DNA of 63,996 bases, the filler included, from Malassezia furfur (Eukaryota): NCBI GenBank assembly GCA_052055015.1. It is 3 parts of 3 records of this genome, joined end to end, with 100 filler letters (N's around TTAATTAATTAA, not from the genome) between each part and the next. Parts side by side here need not be neighbours in the genome. Positions count along the whole stretch, not along the records: positions 1 to 23,074 come from JBQJIT010000152.1; 2 more parts are not named here. The stretch is one strand, 5' to 3'. Below, one piece after another: positions 10,426-21,473 of the stretch (the stretch's first letter is position 1; the number at the start of each line of letters is the position of its first letter). Made by a program: the position numbers and the translations under genes. Below the pieces are notes generated by a model. It did no database searches, was not told the origin of the DNA, and was given only the letters and a program-made list of their open reading frames with translations.

Positions 10426-12930
10426 ATGCAGGCGAACGTGCGCAGCTGGAGCGTGCCTGCCTCCCCATCACGCACGCACGTCGCGTACGCGCGGGGACGA
10501 TCCACACACGATCGCTTTGCGTCCACAAGCGATTCCGAATCCCGCCAAGGGTCACCGGCATCGTCGGCACACACCCCGCTGCCGATCACGCCCTCGGCGC
10601 CGCACTCACAGCACACACACTCCCATTACCTGACGCCGCTCGCGCGCACCAGCGACCCTGACGCCATCGCCGGTGTGGGCTCCGCGCCGCGTTCGCTCAG
10701 TCGCCGACCCAACACAGCGACGGGCGTGTCGACGGGGGCGTGGCACGCGCCGTCCTCGGTGACGAGCCCCACGAGCCCTACGAGCACCGTATCGCTGCGT
10801 TCGCGCCGCCCGGCGACTGCGACGTCGTCCAGCTCGCAGAACGTGGGCTATTCGGTGGGCCGCGGCGCCTTTGCATCGAGCCATGCGGCCAAGCCGCGCA
10901 CGATGCACATCAGCGCACCGTACAACCTGCGGCGCGCCGACTCCGAGTCCGACTCAGAGAGCGCGCGTGGCGAGCCGGCGGTGAGCCCCGCGTTCAAGAA
11001 CTTGCGGCGTGCGTTGATCAAGTTTTACGCATGCGATGGCACGTCGCGGATCGTGGACGTGAGTGGGTGCCCGTCGGCGCACGAAGTGCTCGTGCGTGTG
11101 CTGCGCAAGTTTGGGGTGTCCAAAAGCGACACGGAGCAGGACGGTGTTATTTATATGAGCCCCTTTGCATTCGCCATGACCGGTACGGACGGCAAGCTCA
11201 AGGTGCTTTCGGAGAACGAGCTGATGGCCGTGTGCAATGCGCCGCATGCCTATACTCCCGTGTGGCAGAACGGGCTGTATATTATCCACCACGGCAAGCC
11301 GCTCCCCGACGTCACGGCACAGACCTCCGCGTCCGTGACGCGGCGTGCCTCGACGCAGAGCATCCTGCTCGGCCTCGGCGTGGAGAACGTGGCGCCAGAG
11401 GCGAGTCCGTCGCCGTCGCGGACGTCGTTTGCGCGGCGCGCGGCGCGCCCCGCTGTTGCCGTTGCCGTCGCGGCCACCGAGCCGCTGCGGCCGACGACGC
11501 GCGTCAAGCGGCGCGTGCGCAACTTCTTTGGACAGCGCCCGCCCTCGGAGTTGATCAGTTCGCACTTGTCCGAGTACTTCCCTGCAACCGACAGCCGCGA
11601 GCTGCAGCGCCACTCGCGCGCATCGCTCGGCGATGTGCCGCGGCCCGGCGACGCACCGCACGCCGCACCGCACGCCGCACCGCACGCCGCGCCTGCCGAG
11701 GATACACGGACGCCGAGCCCGGCGGCGGATGCGGCACGCGCTTTGCCGCCGCTACGCCGCTTCCCATCGCGCGGCGCAGCGCGCGTATCAACCTCGTCGC
11801 CGCACGGCAGCACGCGGAGCGATGCGTCGGTGGCCGACGACGAAGCATCGAGCCTGATCACCATGGACGAGATCACGCAGGATCTCGACGAGCGCAGCGC
11901 AAATGACTCGCACGGCGACGGGACGATGATCGTCGACCAGGACGGCGTGCCGATCCCCGTGCCGAGTCCGCGCGTGCGCGAGGCAAGTACCACCTCGCTG
12001 GTCGAGCATAGTGCGACACCGCCTGGTGCGGTGACGCCTACAGCGGATGCAGAGACCAGCACCGGCGAGGATGTGGCGGCCAAGCCGCGCATGCGGTGGC
12101 ACAAGGGCGCGCTGATCGGTGCCGGGTCCTTTGGCAAGGTGTTCCTCGGGATGAACGCCAAGACGGGGCTGCTGATGGCCGTCAAGCAAGTCGAGCTGCC
12201 CACGAGCGACGAGGCAGCGACGCGGCGGCGGCGGTACATGATCGAGTCGCTTGAGGCCGAGATTGCGCTGCTCAAGACGATCCAGCACCCCAATATTGTG
12301 CACTACCTCGACAGCTATGCGGATGGCGAGTTCCTCAACATTTTCCTCGAGTACGTGCCGGGTGGCTCGGTGGTGGCGCTGCTGCGCAACTATGGCGCGT
12401 TTGAGGAGCAGCTTGTGCAAAACTTTGTGCGGCAGATCCTGCAGGGTCTCTTCTTCCTGCACTCGCAGGCGATTGTGCACCGCGACATTAAAGGCGCCAA
12501 CATCCTTGTCGACAACAAGGGCGGCGTCAAAATCAGCGACTTTGGCATCAGCAAGAAAGTCGAGAGCGGCCTGCTCGTCAGCACGCGCGGACAGCGCGGC
12601 ATGCTGCAAGGCTCCGTGTTCTGGATGGCGCCCGAGGTGGTGAAGCAGACCTCGCACACGCCCAAGGCGGACGTGTGGAGTGTCGGGTGCCTCATCGTCG
12701 AGATGCTCACTGCGACGCACCCGTGGCCCAAACTCGATCAGATGCAGGCGCTCTTCCAGATCGGCATGAGCCGCCACCCCGAGATCCCGCCGGACATTTC
12801 GGCGGCCGCAACCGACTTCTTACTCCGCACCTTTGAGGTCGACGAGGCGCAGCGCCCGAGCGCCAGCGCGCTGCTCGACCATGTATTTATTACGCAACCC
12901 GTCCCCGAGGGCGCCGGTAAGGCAGACTAG
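10426..12930 (+). CDS. STE11: Ste11/Kpp4-like MAP kinase kinase kinase (RA domain plus C-terminal kinase)
   Basis: WHKGALIGAGSFGKV, MAVKQVE, HRDIKGANILVD, DFGISKK and GSVFWMAPE motifs, an RA-like block (IKFYACDGTSRIVDV) and the conserved FFGQRPPSELISSHLSEYFP. Confidence 0.88.
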   Translation: MQANVRSWSVPASPSRTHVAYARGRSTHDRFASTSDSESRQGSPASSAHTPLPITPSAPHSQHTHSHYLTPLARTSDPDAIAGVGSAPRSLSRRPNTATGVSTGAWHAPSSVTSPTSPTSTVSLRSRRPATATSSSSQNVGYSVGRGAFASSHAAKPRTMHISAPYNLRRADSESDSESARGEPAVSPAFKNLRRALIKFYACDGTSRIVDVSGCPSAHEVLVRVLRKFGVSKSDTEQDGVIYMSPFAFAMTGTDGKLKVLSENELMAVCNAPHAYTPVWQNGLYIIHHGKPLPDVTAQTSASVTRRASTQSILLGLGVENVAPEASPSPSRTSFARRAARPAVAVAVAATEPLRPTTRVKRRVRNFFGQRPPSELISSHLSEYFPATDSRELQRHSRASLGDVPRPGDAPHAAPHAAPHAAPAEDTRTPSPAADAARALPPLRRFPSRGAARVSTSSPHGSTRSDASVADDEASSLITMDEITQDLDERSANDSHGDGTMIVDQDGVPIPVPSPRVREASTTSLVEHSATPPGAVTPTADAETSTGEDVAAKPRMRWHKGALIGAGSFGKVFLGMNAKTGLLMAVKQVELPTSDEAATRRRRYMIESLEAEIALLKTIQHPNIVHYLDSYADGEFLNIFLEYVPGGSVVALLRNYGAFEEQLVQNFVRQILQGLFFLHSQAIVHRDIKGANILVDNKGGVKISDFGISKKVESGLLVSTRGQRGMLQGSVFWMAPEVVKQTSHTPKADVWSVGCLIVEMLTATHPWPKLDQMQALFQIGMSRHPEIPPDISAAATDFLLRTFEVDEAQRPSASALLDHVFITQPVPEGAGKAD
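11653..11688 (+). repeat. 12-bp coding tandem repeat (GCACCGCACGCC)x3 encoding APHA x3
   Basis: Read directly from the sequence. Confidence 0.9.
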
Positions 12931-12961
12931 TTCTTACAGACACCCTACGCTCGTCCCTGCC

Positions 12962-15900
12962 TTAGTCGCGCTTCTTGTCCGACGGCGCGCCACCGAGCGC
13001 GGCACGGCGCGCAGCGCGCAGTTTTTGCCCAGTAAGCACCATCTTGCGCGGCTGCACGTCGGCAAACAGCTTCCAGAATCGCTCCGCGGCAAAGCACCCG
13101 AGCAGGTCCGCGAGCATCGTCGCGAGCAGCGCGCGCTGATACGACGGCTCCATCTTGGTCAGCTGCAGCCACTCGTTGAGCTCGGGCATCCACTCGAGCA
13201 CACCAAAGTAGGCCACCGCCGTGGTGCCGAGCAGGCCCCAGTAGAGCACCTTGTTCTCCATGATGCTCTCGCGCCACGGCCGACCGATGTAGTTCACCGC
13301 AAACGTCGACATGGTCTGCGACAGGCCGAGCAAAAACACGCCCGTGTTGAGCAGCGTCGGCGTAAACTTGGCCGTGATGTCAAAGTCTTCCGGCTGGAAG
13401 GGCGCCTCGTAGCGCAGCGTCAAGCGCTGCACACTCAGCATCGACACGACGTGGATCGCCGTTTGGGTCATCACCGACCCAAACACGTACAGGTTCACAA
13501 TGTTGCTCACCGGGCGCTCGGGCGCCAGCGACTCGATCGGCTGCCCGCGGCTGATGCAGTAGAAGCACACCGACGCCAGCAATCCGCTCACCGTCAGCTG
13601 GTAGTCGCCCGAGCGGATGCCGTCAATGTACTGCGCACTCAGCGCGTACGCCTGGATCAGGCAGTTCAGCGCAAGGATCTTGTACATCTGGATCGTGGCG
13701 ACTAGCGTGCAGCGGCCCTGGCGGATGATGGCACAGATCGCCGACACGTTGGACAGCTTGCTCGTGAACGGCGCCGCGACGCTTGCGTCGCCGAGGCGGA
13801 TCTGCGGCGGGCCGTCCTCCTCGTCCTCCATGGCGCTCATGCTCTGCGTGATCGAGGCAATGTCGAACTTCGCCACGGGGTTCGTGCGGCGCTGCGTCTG
13901 CAGCAGCTGCACGGCCTTTTCGCGCGCCTGCTCCAGGTCCGGGTAGGCCTCCTTGAGCGCCGGCGGCACGGGCGGCGGCGGCTGGCCCCACTTGGCCATG
14001 AGCGACAGCTGCGACTCGTACACCTTCTTTTGGCGCTCGAGCATCTGGTGCTGCGCGATCTTCTTCAGGTCCTCGGGCGAGCCGTCGAGCAGCGCCACGC
14101 CGATGTTGGCCATCTTGAGCGCACCGACGTCGTTCGTGCCGTCGCCGGCCATGAGCGTGATGTACTTGAGCGACTTGAGCGTGCTCAGCACGAGCTCCTT
14201 CTGCGTCGGCGACACACGCGCGTACACCGACGTGTTCTCCACGAGCTCCTTGAGCGCGTCGGGGCGCGTCTCGAATTGGCGCAGCGCCACGCCCGTCACC
14301 ACGACGTCGTACTCGTCAAACAGGTGGCGGTGCAGCGGCGCATCCACGTCCTGGTGGCGCACCACCTCGTCGTTCGTCTTGTGCCACACCAGCTCGTGCT
14401 CCTCGCCGCCCTCGCGGCGGTCGAGGATGATGGCGTCGCGCGTCACGATCTCGACCTCCTCGGCGATGTGCACGGCCGTGAGCGCGTTGTCGCCCGTGAT
14501 CATCACACACCGGTGCGCCGAGTCGTTCAGCTGGCGCAGCGACTCGACGGCGTCGGGCTTCAGCGGGCAGTGTAGCACGAGGAAGCCGGCGAAGTGCAGC
14601 TTCGACTCCACATCCTCACGGCGCACTTTGCGCAGCCCCTGGGCGTCGAGGTGGTCCATGTACTTGTACCCGAGCGCGATCACACGCGAGCCGCGGCGCG
14701 TGTAGTCGCGGTACAGCGTGTCGTAGTTCGGCGGGAGCTCGGCAAACATGGGGCGCAGCGTCTCCGGCGCGCCCTTGACGCTGGCCAGCATCGTCGCCTT
14801 CTTGCCGCTCAGCGAGACCTGCGCGACGGTCGACATGCGCTTCAGCGCCGACGAGAAGTGGAAGCGCACGCGGATGTGCACCGAGTGCTGGCTCGGCGCC
14901 GCGGCGCGCTCCGTCGGCACGACGTGGTCGCCGCGCTTCACCTCCCAGCCGATCGCCTCGACGGTGCGCTTCTCCATCGGGTCGCCGACCACCTCGTCGT
15001 CGACAATCACGAGCGCGTGCGCCGCCGCAAGCACCAGCGTCGTCTCGGGCGTCGCGTGCGACACGGGCTCGAGCGTCTCCGACTTGGGGTCGCTCGAGCC
15101 CACCACGCCCTGCACCTCGAGGTCCTCGCCGGTGATGGTGCCCGTCTTGTCAAAGCAGCACACGTCCACACGGCCCGCGTACGGGATGCGGAACGGCTCC
15201 GTGCAGAAGATGGCAAACTTGCCGAGCGCCGCCAACGAGGCGTTCACCGCCATCGACAGCTCCATCGGCAGCTCCGCGGGGACCACCGAGGTGATGATCA
15301 GCACACAGTGCAGCAGCAGCTTGCCCTTGGGCCGGCCCATCTCCAGACCGTGTGTCCAGACGTACGCACTCGCCGCAATCGCAAACACCAGCAAAAATGC
15401 AATGAACACAAAGCTCTCCCAGTTGTTCGCCGTGACCTGGTTCTCGTTGGTAAAGACCATCAGGCGCACGAGGCGGCCCTGCGTCGTGCCGAAGCCCGTG
15501 CGCAGCACCACACCGATCGCACCCGCGTCGGGCGGCGGCGCGACGCCGGGGACGCCCTGTCCGCCCGTCACCTGGAGCGCCTTGGTGCCGCCAAACAGGC
15601 AGTGCAGGCGGTCCGCGTCCTGGTCGTCGAGGAGGTCGTTGCCGTCGCGCTGCGCGATGCTCTCCTTCAGCAGCGGCGTGCTCTCACCCGAGAGCATCGC
15701 CTCGTTCACGATCGCCGAGCCCGAGAGGAGCAGCACGTCGCACGGCATCGCCGAGTCCTGGTTGGTGCGCACGATGCTCACCACATCGCCGGGCAGCAGG
15801 TCGTTGGTGGAGGTCTCGACCCACTTTTGATTGCGGTACACGTTGACGGTGAACGGCTGGATGGACATGGTACGGAACTCGTTCAGCGTACGCTGCCGCT

Positions 15901-16717
15901 GGAACACCACCGTGCACTCGAACGCCACCAGCGCAAACAGCGAGAAGAGCGACGAGTACCAGTACTCGTCGAGCATCCACAGACCCACACAGAACACCTG
16001 GAACACAAAGAAGGGCGCCACCGCGTGCTCAAAGAACAGGTCCCAGAACCGCGGCACGGGGATCTCGAGCACGTTGTTGCCGTACAGCTTCCGCGCATTC
16101 GCCACGCCCTCCGTGTCGAGGCCCGGGCGGTGCAAAAAGTGCGACAGCTTCGGGTGGACGTCGGCAGGGTACAGCAGCCGGCGGAACGTCGGCTCGCGGA
16201 TGTCCGGCGAGGCGGTGATCGACGTGACGGGCGCCTTGGAGTCGGGCACCGCCAGCACGTACTTGTCCGCCTGGCTCACGAACGAGAATTCGTCGCGCTC
16301 GCCCTCGCGCACCACACGGCGCAGCGGCACCATGCCGCCCTCGCCCTTGTGCGCATGCGGCACAATTTGCACGCGGTCCGCCGAGGTGAGCGAGTTGGCC
16401 TGGTGTCAGCAGCGCACCCACGTACCGTCGTACTCGTGATCCACGCACGCGCACGCACGTTCCAGCGCGTCACGAGGAAGCTGAGCGCGTGCGACGAGGT
16501 GAGGAGCACGGTATAGACAAACGTCCATTCTTCCGAGCGGATGTACCGATCGTACTCCACGTAGTACGCCCACGCCAGCAGCGGGTACAGGAAGAGGTAG
16601 GGAAACACATAGAGGTGGAACAGCAGCGGACGCTCCTTGTGCAGCGTCACGCTGGCAATCTCATCGGACTGCACTGCGACTCGCCTGCGGGGTCAGCGCG
16701 CAGAGCCCAACGTACAT
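12962..16717 (-). CDS. SPF1: P5A-type ATPase Spf1/ATP13A1. Introns 16685-16715 (splits the ATG) and 16400-16425
   Basis: VVPAELPMELS, CFDKTGT, MITGDN, GDGTNDVG and LSGESTP motifs. Splicing links the N-terminal TM exon to the main ORF. Confidence 0.93.
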
Positions 16718-16783
16718 CGTAGTCCCACGTCACCCTGTAGCTTAGTCATCCCAGGGCACCCAAATTCTTTTTGGCATCCAGCC

Positions 16784-17730
16784 ATGGCATCGACCGGCGC
16801 GCAGCCCGTGCGCGGCGATGCAGTGTCGCAGGCCAAGGTCGCGCCAAAACGTTATCCGTTCTGGCTGGGCGGCGTGTCGGCATCGATTGCTGTGCTCTTC
16901 ACGCACCCACTTGATCTCACCAAGCTGCGCATGCAAAACGCACCGCAGAAAACCACCACGCTGCGCCTGTTGCGGAACACGATCCAGAACGAGGGTGTGC
17001 GCGGGCTGTACATCGGTATCTCAGCGAGCGTCCTGCGGCAGATGACGTACAGTCTCACGCGATTCGCCGCCTACGAAAAGATCAAGGAGCGCTTCATCGC
17101 CAACCGCCGGGGGCCACCGCCGTTGTGGATCACCATCACCACCGCCGGGTTCGCGGGTGCCGCGGGCGGACTCGCAGGGAATCCAGCCGACGTGATCCTG
17201 GTGCGCATGACGGGCGACATGTACCGGCCACCGGAGCAACGCTTCAACTATCGCGGCGCAGCCAATGGATTGGCTCGCATTACCAAGGAGGAGGGGCTGC
17301 ATACCCTATTCCGTGGCCTCGCGCCCAACATGGTCCGCGCGGCCCTCATGAACTCTTCTCAGTTGGCATCGTACGTGGCAGGGCGTGTGCGGCATACTGA
17401 CCCAGATATGACTTTTTCAAGGACCTGTTACGATCCTCGGGCCTCTTCACCCCGGGTAGCCTGCCCCACTACCTCGGTTCTTCCCTCCTCGCAGGTACCG
17501 TGGCCACGACCATCTGCTCGCCTGCCGACGTGGTGCGTGCGCGGCTGATGAACGCGCGCGGCAACGAGGGCGGCATGCCCATGCTCGCCAAGTCCCTCCG
17601 CGAAGAGGGACCGCGGTTCCTGTTCCGCGGCTGGCTCCCTTCGTGGATGCGTCTGGCACCGCAGACCGTGATTCTGCTCACCGTGCTCGAAGAGCTCCGC
17701 GCGCTCGTGGACTATCTCCGTGACACATAG
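16784..17730 (+). CDS. DIC1: Mitochondrial dicarboxylate carrier. Intron 17371-17405
   Basis: YPFWLGG, THPLDLTKLRMQ, RQMTYSLTRF, GNPADVILVRM, SQLASYDFFK and CSPADVVRARLM motifs. Confidence 0.88.
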
Positions 17731-17750
17731 ACTTGCGTTAGAGTAGAGCT

Positions 17751-18239
17751 CTACGGCGCCATCTCCTCGTCCACCTCGACCTGCGGCGCATTCACGCGGC
17801 GCAGATCCAGCGTATTGCGTGCGTGCGTGCGCAGCGCCGCAAAAGGGTTGCCGCTCTGCTGCAGGTCCGACAGGATGTAGGGTTGCCGCGCCCGTTCGCG
17901 CGACAGCATGCGCCGCTTGGACTTTGCGGTGAGCGGCGCAGATGTGGTGTGAGACGCGGGAGCATTGTGGTCCACATGCTCGTGATCGTGCTCGACCGTG
18001 TCGAGCTCGTCGGCCAGGTCGCGCAGGCCCTCTTTGTTGCCTGCGAGCTGGTCGCGCTGCTTGTGCTTTTGGCGGCGGAGCGCGGACTTGGAGAGCGTTG
18101 GGCCGGGATCGAGCGCTCCAGGCTTGCGCCCGCTCTGTTTCGAGTCGCCCGCAAGGCGCGCCGCGAGGGACGAGCGTGTCTTTTTCTTGTCGCGCTTGGC
18201 CGCGGTGTGCTGCACCGGCGTCGGCGGGTGCTGCACCAT
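17751..18239 (-). CDS. Ribosome biogenesis protein, Slx9/FAM207A-like
   Basis: Small basic protein with C-terminal RER.R...IL....NPFAALRTHARNTL motif. Confidence 0.7.
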   Translation of the reverse strand: MVQHPPTPVQHTAAKRDKKKTRSSLAARLAGDSKQSGRKPGALDPGPTLSKSALRRQKHKQRDQLAGNKEGLRDLADELDTVEHDHEHVDHNAPASHTTSAPLTAKSKRRMLSRERARQPYILSDLQQSGNPFAALRTHARNTLDLRRVNAPQVEVDEEMAP

Positions 18240-18342
18240 GGCCGAGAAAAGGCCCGATCGCCCGATGCGTGGAGGGCGTCGTAGAATACAGGCGCGCATC
18301 GCTATGGACCAATGCAGGGAGCGCCGGAGCCGCGCGCCGGCC

Positions 18343-21300
18343 CTACGGGCGCGGCGCGTGCGTAGGCGTCATGACAATGCGCCCGTTGGTGTGCCGCGCT
18401 GGCATAGCCGCAGGCGAGAGCGTCAGCGATGCATGGCGCGAGGCCTGGTGTAGGGTGTGTGCGCGCGGGAGGCCCGTCGGTGCGTCGGCGGCCTCTCGGC
18501 GCGACGGCTGCGACGTCGGGCGGCGTGGCGCGGCAACGAGCGCGCGTTTTGGCGGAGCGAGCGGCGTGTCCGGCATCGCGAGGTGCAGCGGGGAGTTGTC
18601 GGTGACGAGCGGCTGCACGGCGCGCAGCGACGCCTCGAGGCGGGCGCCCGAGTCATCGAGCGAGCGCACAAAGCTGAGCACCTCGCGCACGGCATCCCAC
18701 GCCCCCTGCGCCTCGAGGGCGTGCAGGACGGCAGCGGTGAGGGCGATGCTGGTCGCCTCGTCCGCGAGTTCGTGCACGATGAGGAGGTAGTGCCGCGCGG
18801 TGTCGGCGTCGCCCTCGTCGAGACACGCCTGCAGGAGCTGCGGCGCAGGCCCCGCCGCGTCAAAGAGCATGGGCCACCGCGCCGCCTCGGTTTTGCGTGC
18901 GACGCGCGCAACGACCTGCAGCGCGTGGTCGAAATGGTCAAGAAACTGCAGCGCGAGCGGCAGGCGGCGCTGTGCGGGCGGCAGCGGCGGGCGGGCGTCT
19001 GCCTCCTCCTCGAGCAGGTCGTGCACAAGGAGCTCGAGGCTGTGCGCAAAGTAGTCGAGCGCGCGGTAGCGTGCAGCGACGTCGAGTGCGTCGTCGAGCT
19101 GCTCGCGCCCGAGGTACACGCGGAGCAGGGCGTGCAGAAAGGGAATGGTGCGCGCGTGCATGCGGAACGATGCCGTGTCGAGGGTGCGGCGCACGCTGAC
19201 GGCGCCCTCGGTGGCGAACACGACGCCGCGCGCGAGCAGCAGGCACACCGGGTACGCGTCGAGTGGGAGCACGGCGCTGGGTGCGCGCGCGTCGCCGGCG
19301 ACGAGCGCGTGGACGTCCGGCCAGAGCGCGAGGCTCTGCCCGTCAAACGCCCAGAGCGAGTTGTGCAGCGGCCCGCGCCCCTGGAGGTTGGTGAAGTAGG
19401 TCTCGACCTTTTCGTGGAGGATGTGCAGGTCGTATGCCACGTCCGCGTCCGCGTCCGCGCCGGCGCGTGTCGGGCGGAGCAGGACGAGCTTGGCGTCGAT
19501 GAGGAACAGGAGCGAGACGACCGCCAAGTCGTTCTCCGGGTCGCCGAGTGCCTGCTGTCCCGGCGGCAGGAGCCACGAGAGGGCGCGCACACGCGCCGGC
19601 TCGCCGACGATGCCCTCGAACGAGATGCTGCCGCACAGGCGGAGGCGCAGGTGGTGCTCGGTCGGGGTGATGAGGTAGTGGTACAAGGTGTTGTCGGCCG
19701 TGTACACCAGCAAGCTCGTGTCGAAGAGCGACAGAAGCACCACGGGCGACGGCAGCTTCACGAGGTCGAGCAGGTGCGCGTTGGCGAGCTCCGTGTCGCG
19801 CGCGTACACGCGCAGCTGGATCTCGCCCGCGGCGTCGCACGCGGCGATCAGCACGTGCTCGAACCAGACGAGGCCGCCGCGCACCGCAAACGCGCGCGCC
19901 TGCGCGGCGTGCGTAAACGTCTTCCAGCGCCCCGACGCGCAGCTGAAGTGCGCGAGACCGCGGCGCCCCGCCACCGCAAGGAAGCGCCCGTCGCTCGAGA
20001 GCGCCGCGTACCGCAGCGGCCAGTGCTCGGCGAGGTACGCGGGCGGCACCGGCACGTGCCGCCACGCGTCGTGGTCGTGCGCCAAGAGCCCCGCGTCCTG
20101 CAGCTCGTCGCCGCAAAAGACGCGCACGCCGTCGTCTTCGACAAGCACCGCAGTGCCCGCGTCGTCCGGTGCGGCCTGCATCGTGCGTGCCGCGCGCACG
20201 AGCGGCAGGACGTGCACGAGCGCATCGTCGCCCGGCGTGGAGGCCAGCACGTACAGCTCCGTGCCGCCCGGCCCGAAAAACGCGGCGCGCGCACCGTGCA
20301 TGAATGCGTCGCGGAACGTGCGCACCGCCGTGTCCCAGTCGTCGCGGAAGCTGTGCACGAGCAGCGCGCCGAGCGTGCTCCAGAGCGCCCAGCCGTGCTC
20401 GTAGCCGACCCACAGCGCGTGCCCATCGGGCGTCCACGCGAGCGCACACACGCGCCCCGGCACCGCGCGCACGTCGTCGCGGCGCAGCGCGGCACCGAGC
20501 GCGAGCGTCGCGATGCGCACAGGCGCCTCGCGCGGCGTCTGGAACTCGAAGAGGCGCACGTCGCCGTCCGCATGGCCGAGCGCCACGAGACTGAAGCGCG
20601 CGTTCACAGCGGCGGCGACGGGCGCGTGCGCCGCGTCGTCGGCGTCCCAGAACAGCGTGCCCTCCCATGCGTCGTCAAAGCCGACGACGTATGCGCGCTG
20701 TGCGACGATCCACACGAGCATCGCCATCGCACGCGAGTACACGACGCAAGTGAGCGGCGCGGCCTCCGCGACAAACGCCAGATCACGCACGAGCACGGTC
20801 GGCTGTGCGAGCGTATCCACGTCCGGCCACGGCACGAGCTGCACGGCCGCGGGCTCGACGGTGCCGACCAGCACATACGTGTCAAACGCCGTGAGCGCAG
20901 CGATGCGCGGCGCGACGGCGAGCGCGTGCCGGAACGTGAGACGCACGCGCGCGCACGCACCGAGCGGCGCATCTGGCGCCGTGCAGTAGTGCTCGCCGGG
21001 CTGCGCGCGAAAGGTCGCGTCAAAGAGCGTCGGGGGCGGCACTGCACCCGGCTCGGCGCCATACCCCAACGGCTCGTCGAGGACGTGCACGTCGTAGAAA
21101 AGCAGTGTGTCGCGCGCCGTGTGCACGACGATCGCACGCGCGTCGCTGCGCCACTCGGCCGCGACGTTCGCGCCGTACTCATCCAGGCTGAGCTGCGTAC
21201 GCTCGAGTGCCGCGAGCAGCTCGTTCGGCCGCACGCCCCACACCTGGAGCGCGCTTTGTGTCACGGCGAGCCACATGGACGTGTCGCGGGCGAGCGCGAT

Positions 21301-21390
21301 GTGCACGGCGCCCGCACCACGCTCGTCGCCGACGGTGGTCGGCTGCGTGGGCGCACACACGCGCCGCGCAGGCGCCGACGGCCAGTACAT
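18343..21390 (-). CDS. RIC1: Ric1, subunit of the Ric1-Rgp1 Rab6/Ypt6 GEF
   Basis: MYWP start, WD-like repeats, YLAEHWPLRYAALSSDGRFLAVAGRRGLAHFS and VARKTEAARWPMLF motifs. Confidence 0.88.
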   Translation of the reverse strand: MYWPSAPARRVCAPTQPTTVGDERGAGAVHIALARDTSMWLAVTQSALQVWGVRPNELLAALERTQLSLDEYGANVAAEWRSDARAIVVHTARDTLLFYDVHVLDEPLGYGAEPGAVPPPTLFDATFRAQPGEHYCTAPDAPLGACARVRLTFRHALAVAPRIAALTAFDTYVLVGTVEPAAVQLVPWPDVDTLAQPTVLVRDLAFVAEAAPLTCVVYSRAMAMLVWIVAQRAYVVGFDDAWEGTLFWDADDAAHAPVAAAVNARFSLVALGHADGDVRLFEFQTPREAPVRIATLALGAALRRDDVRAVPGRVCALAWTPDGHALWVGYEHGWALWSTLGALLVHSFRDDWDTAVRTFRDAFMHGARAAFFGPGGTELYVLASTPGDDALVHVLPLVRAARTMQAAPDDAGTAVLVEDDGVRVFCGDELQDAGLLAHDHDAWRHVPVPPAYLAEHWPLRYAALSSDGRFLAVAGRRGLAHFSCASGRWKTFTHAAQARAFAVRGGLVWFEHVLIAACDAAGEIQLRVYARDTELANAHLLDLVKLPSPVVLLSLFDTSLLVYTADNTLYHYLITPTEHHLRLRLCGSISFEGIVGEPARVRALSWLLPPGQQALGDPENDLAVVSLLFLIDAKLVLLRPTRAGADADADVAYDLHILHEKVETYFTNLQGRGPLHNSLWAFDGQSLALWPDVHALVAGDARAPSAVLPLDAYPVCLLLARGVVFATEGAVSVRRTLDTASFRMHARTIPFLHALLRVYLGREQLDDALDVAARYRALDYFAHSLELLVHDLLEEEADARPPLPPAQRRLPLALQFLDHFDHALQVVARVARKTEAARWPMLFDAAGPAPQLLQACLDEGDADTARHYLLIVHELADEATSIALTAAVLHALEAQGAWDAVREVLSFVRSLDDSGARLEASLRAVQPLVTDNSPLHLAMPDTPLAPPKRALVAAPRRPTSQPSRREAADAPTGLPRAHTLHQASRHASLTLSPAAMPARHTNGRIVMTPTHAPRP

Positions 21391-21473
21391 CGACGCAGCG
21401 CGACCGGCGGCGCGCGCACGCGCCGCCCGATCGACCCCGATCGGGAGCCGGCGTTGCGTCGCCCGTCGCCAGC

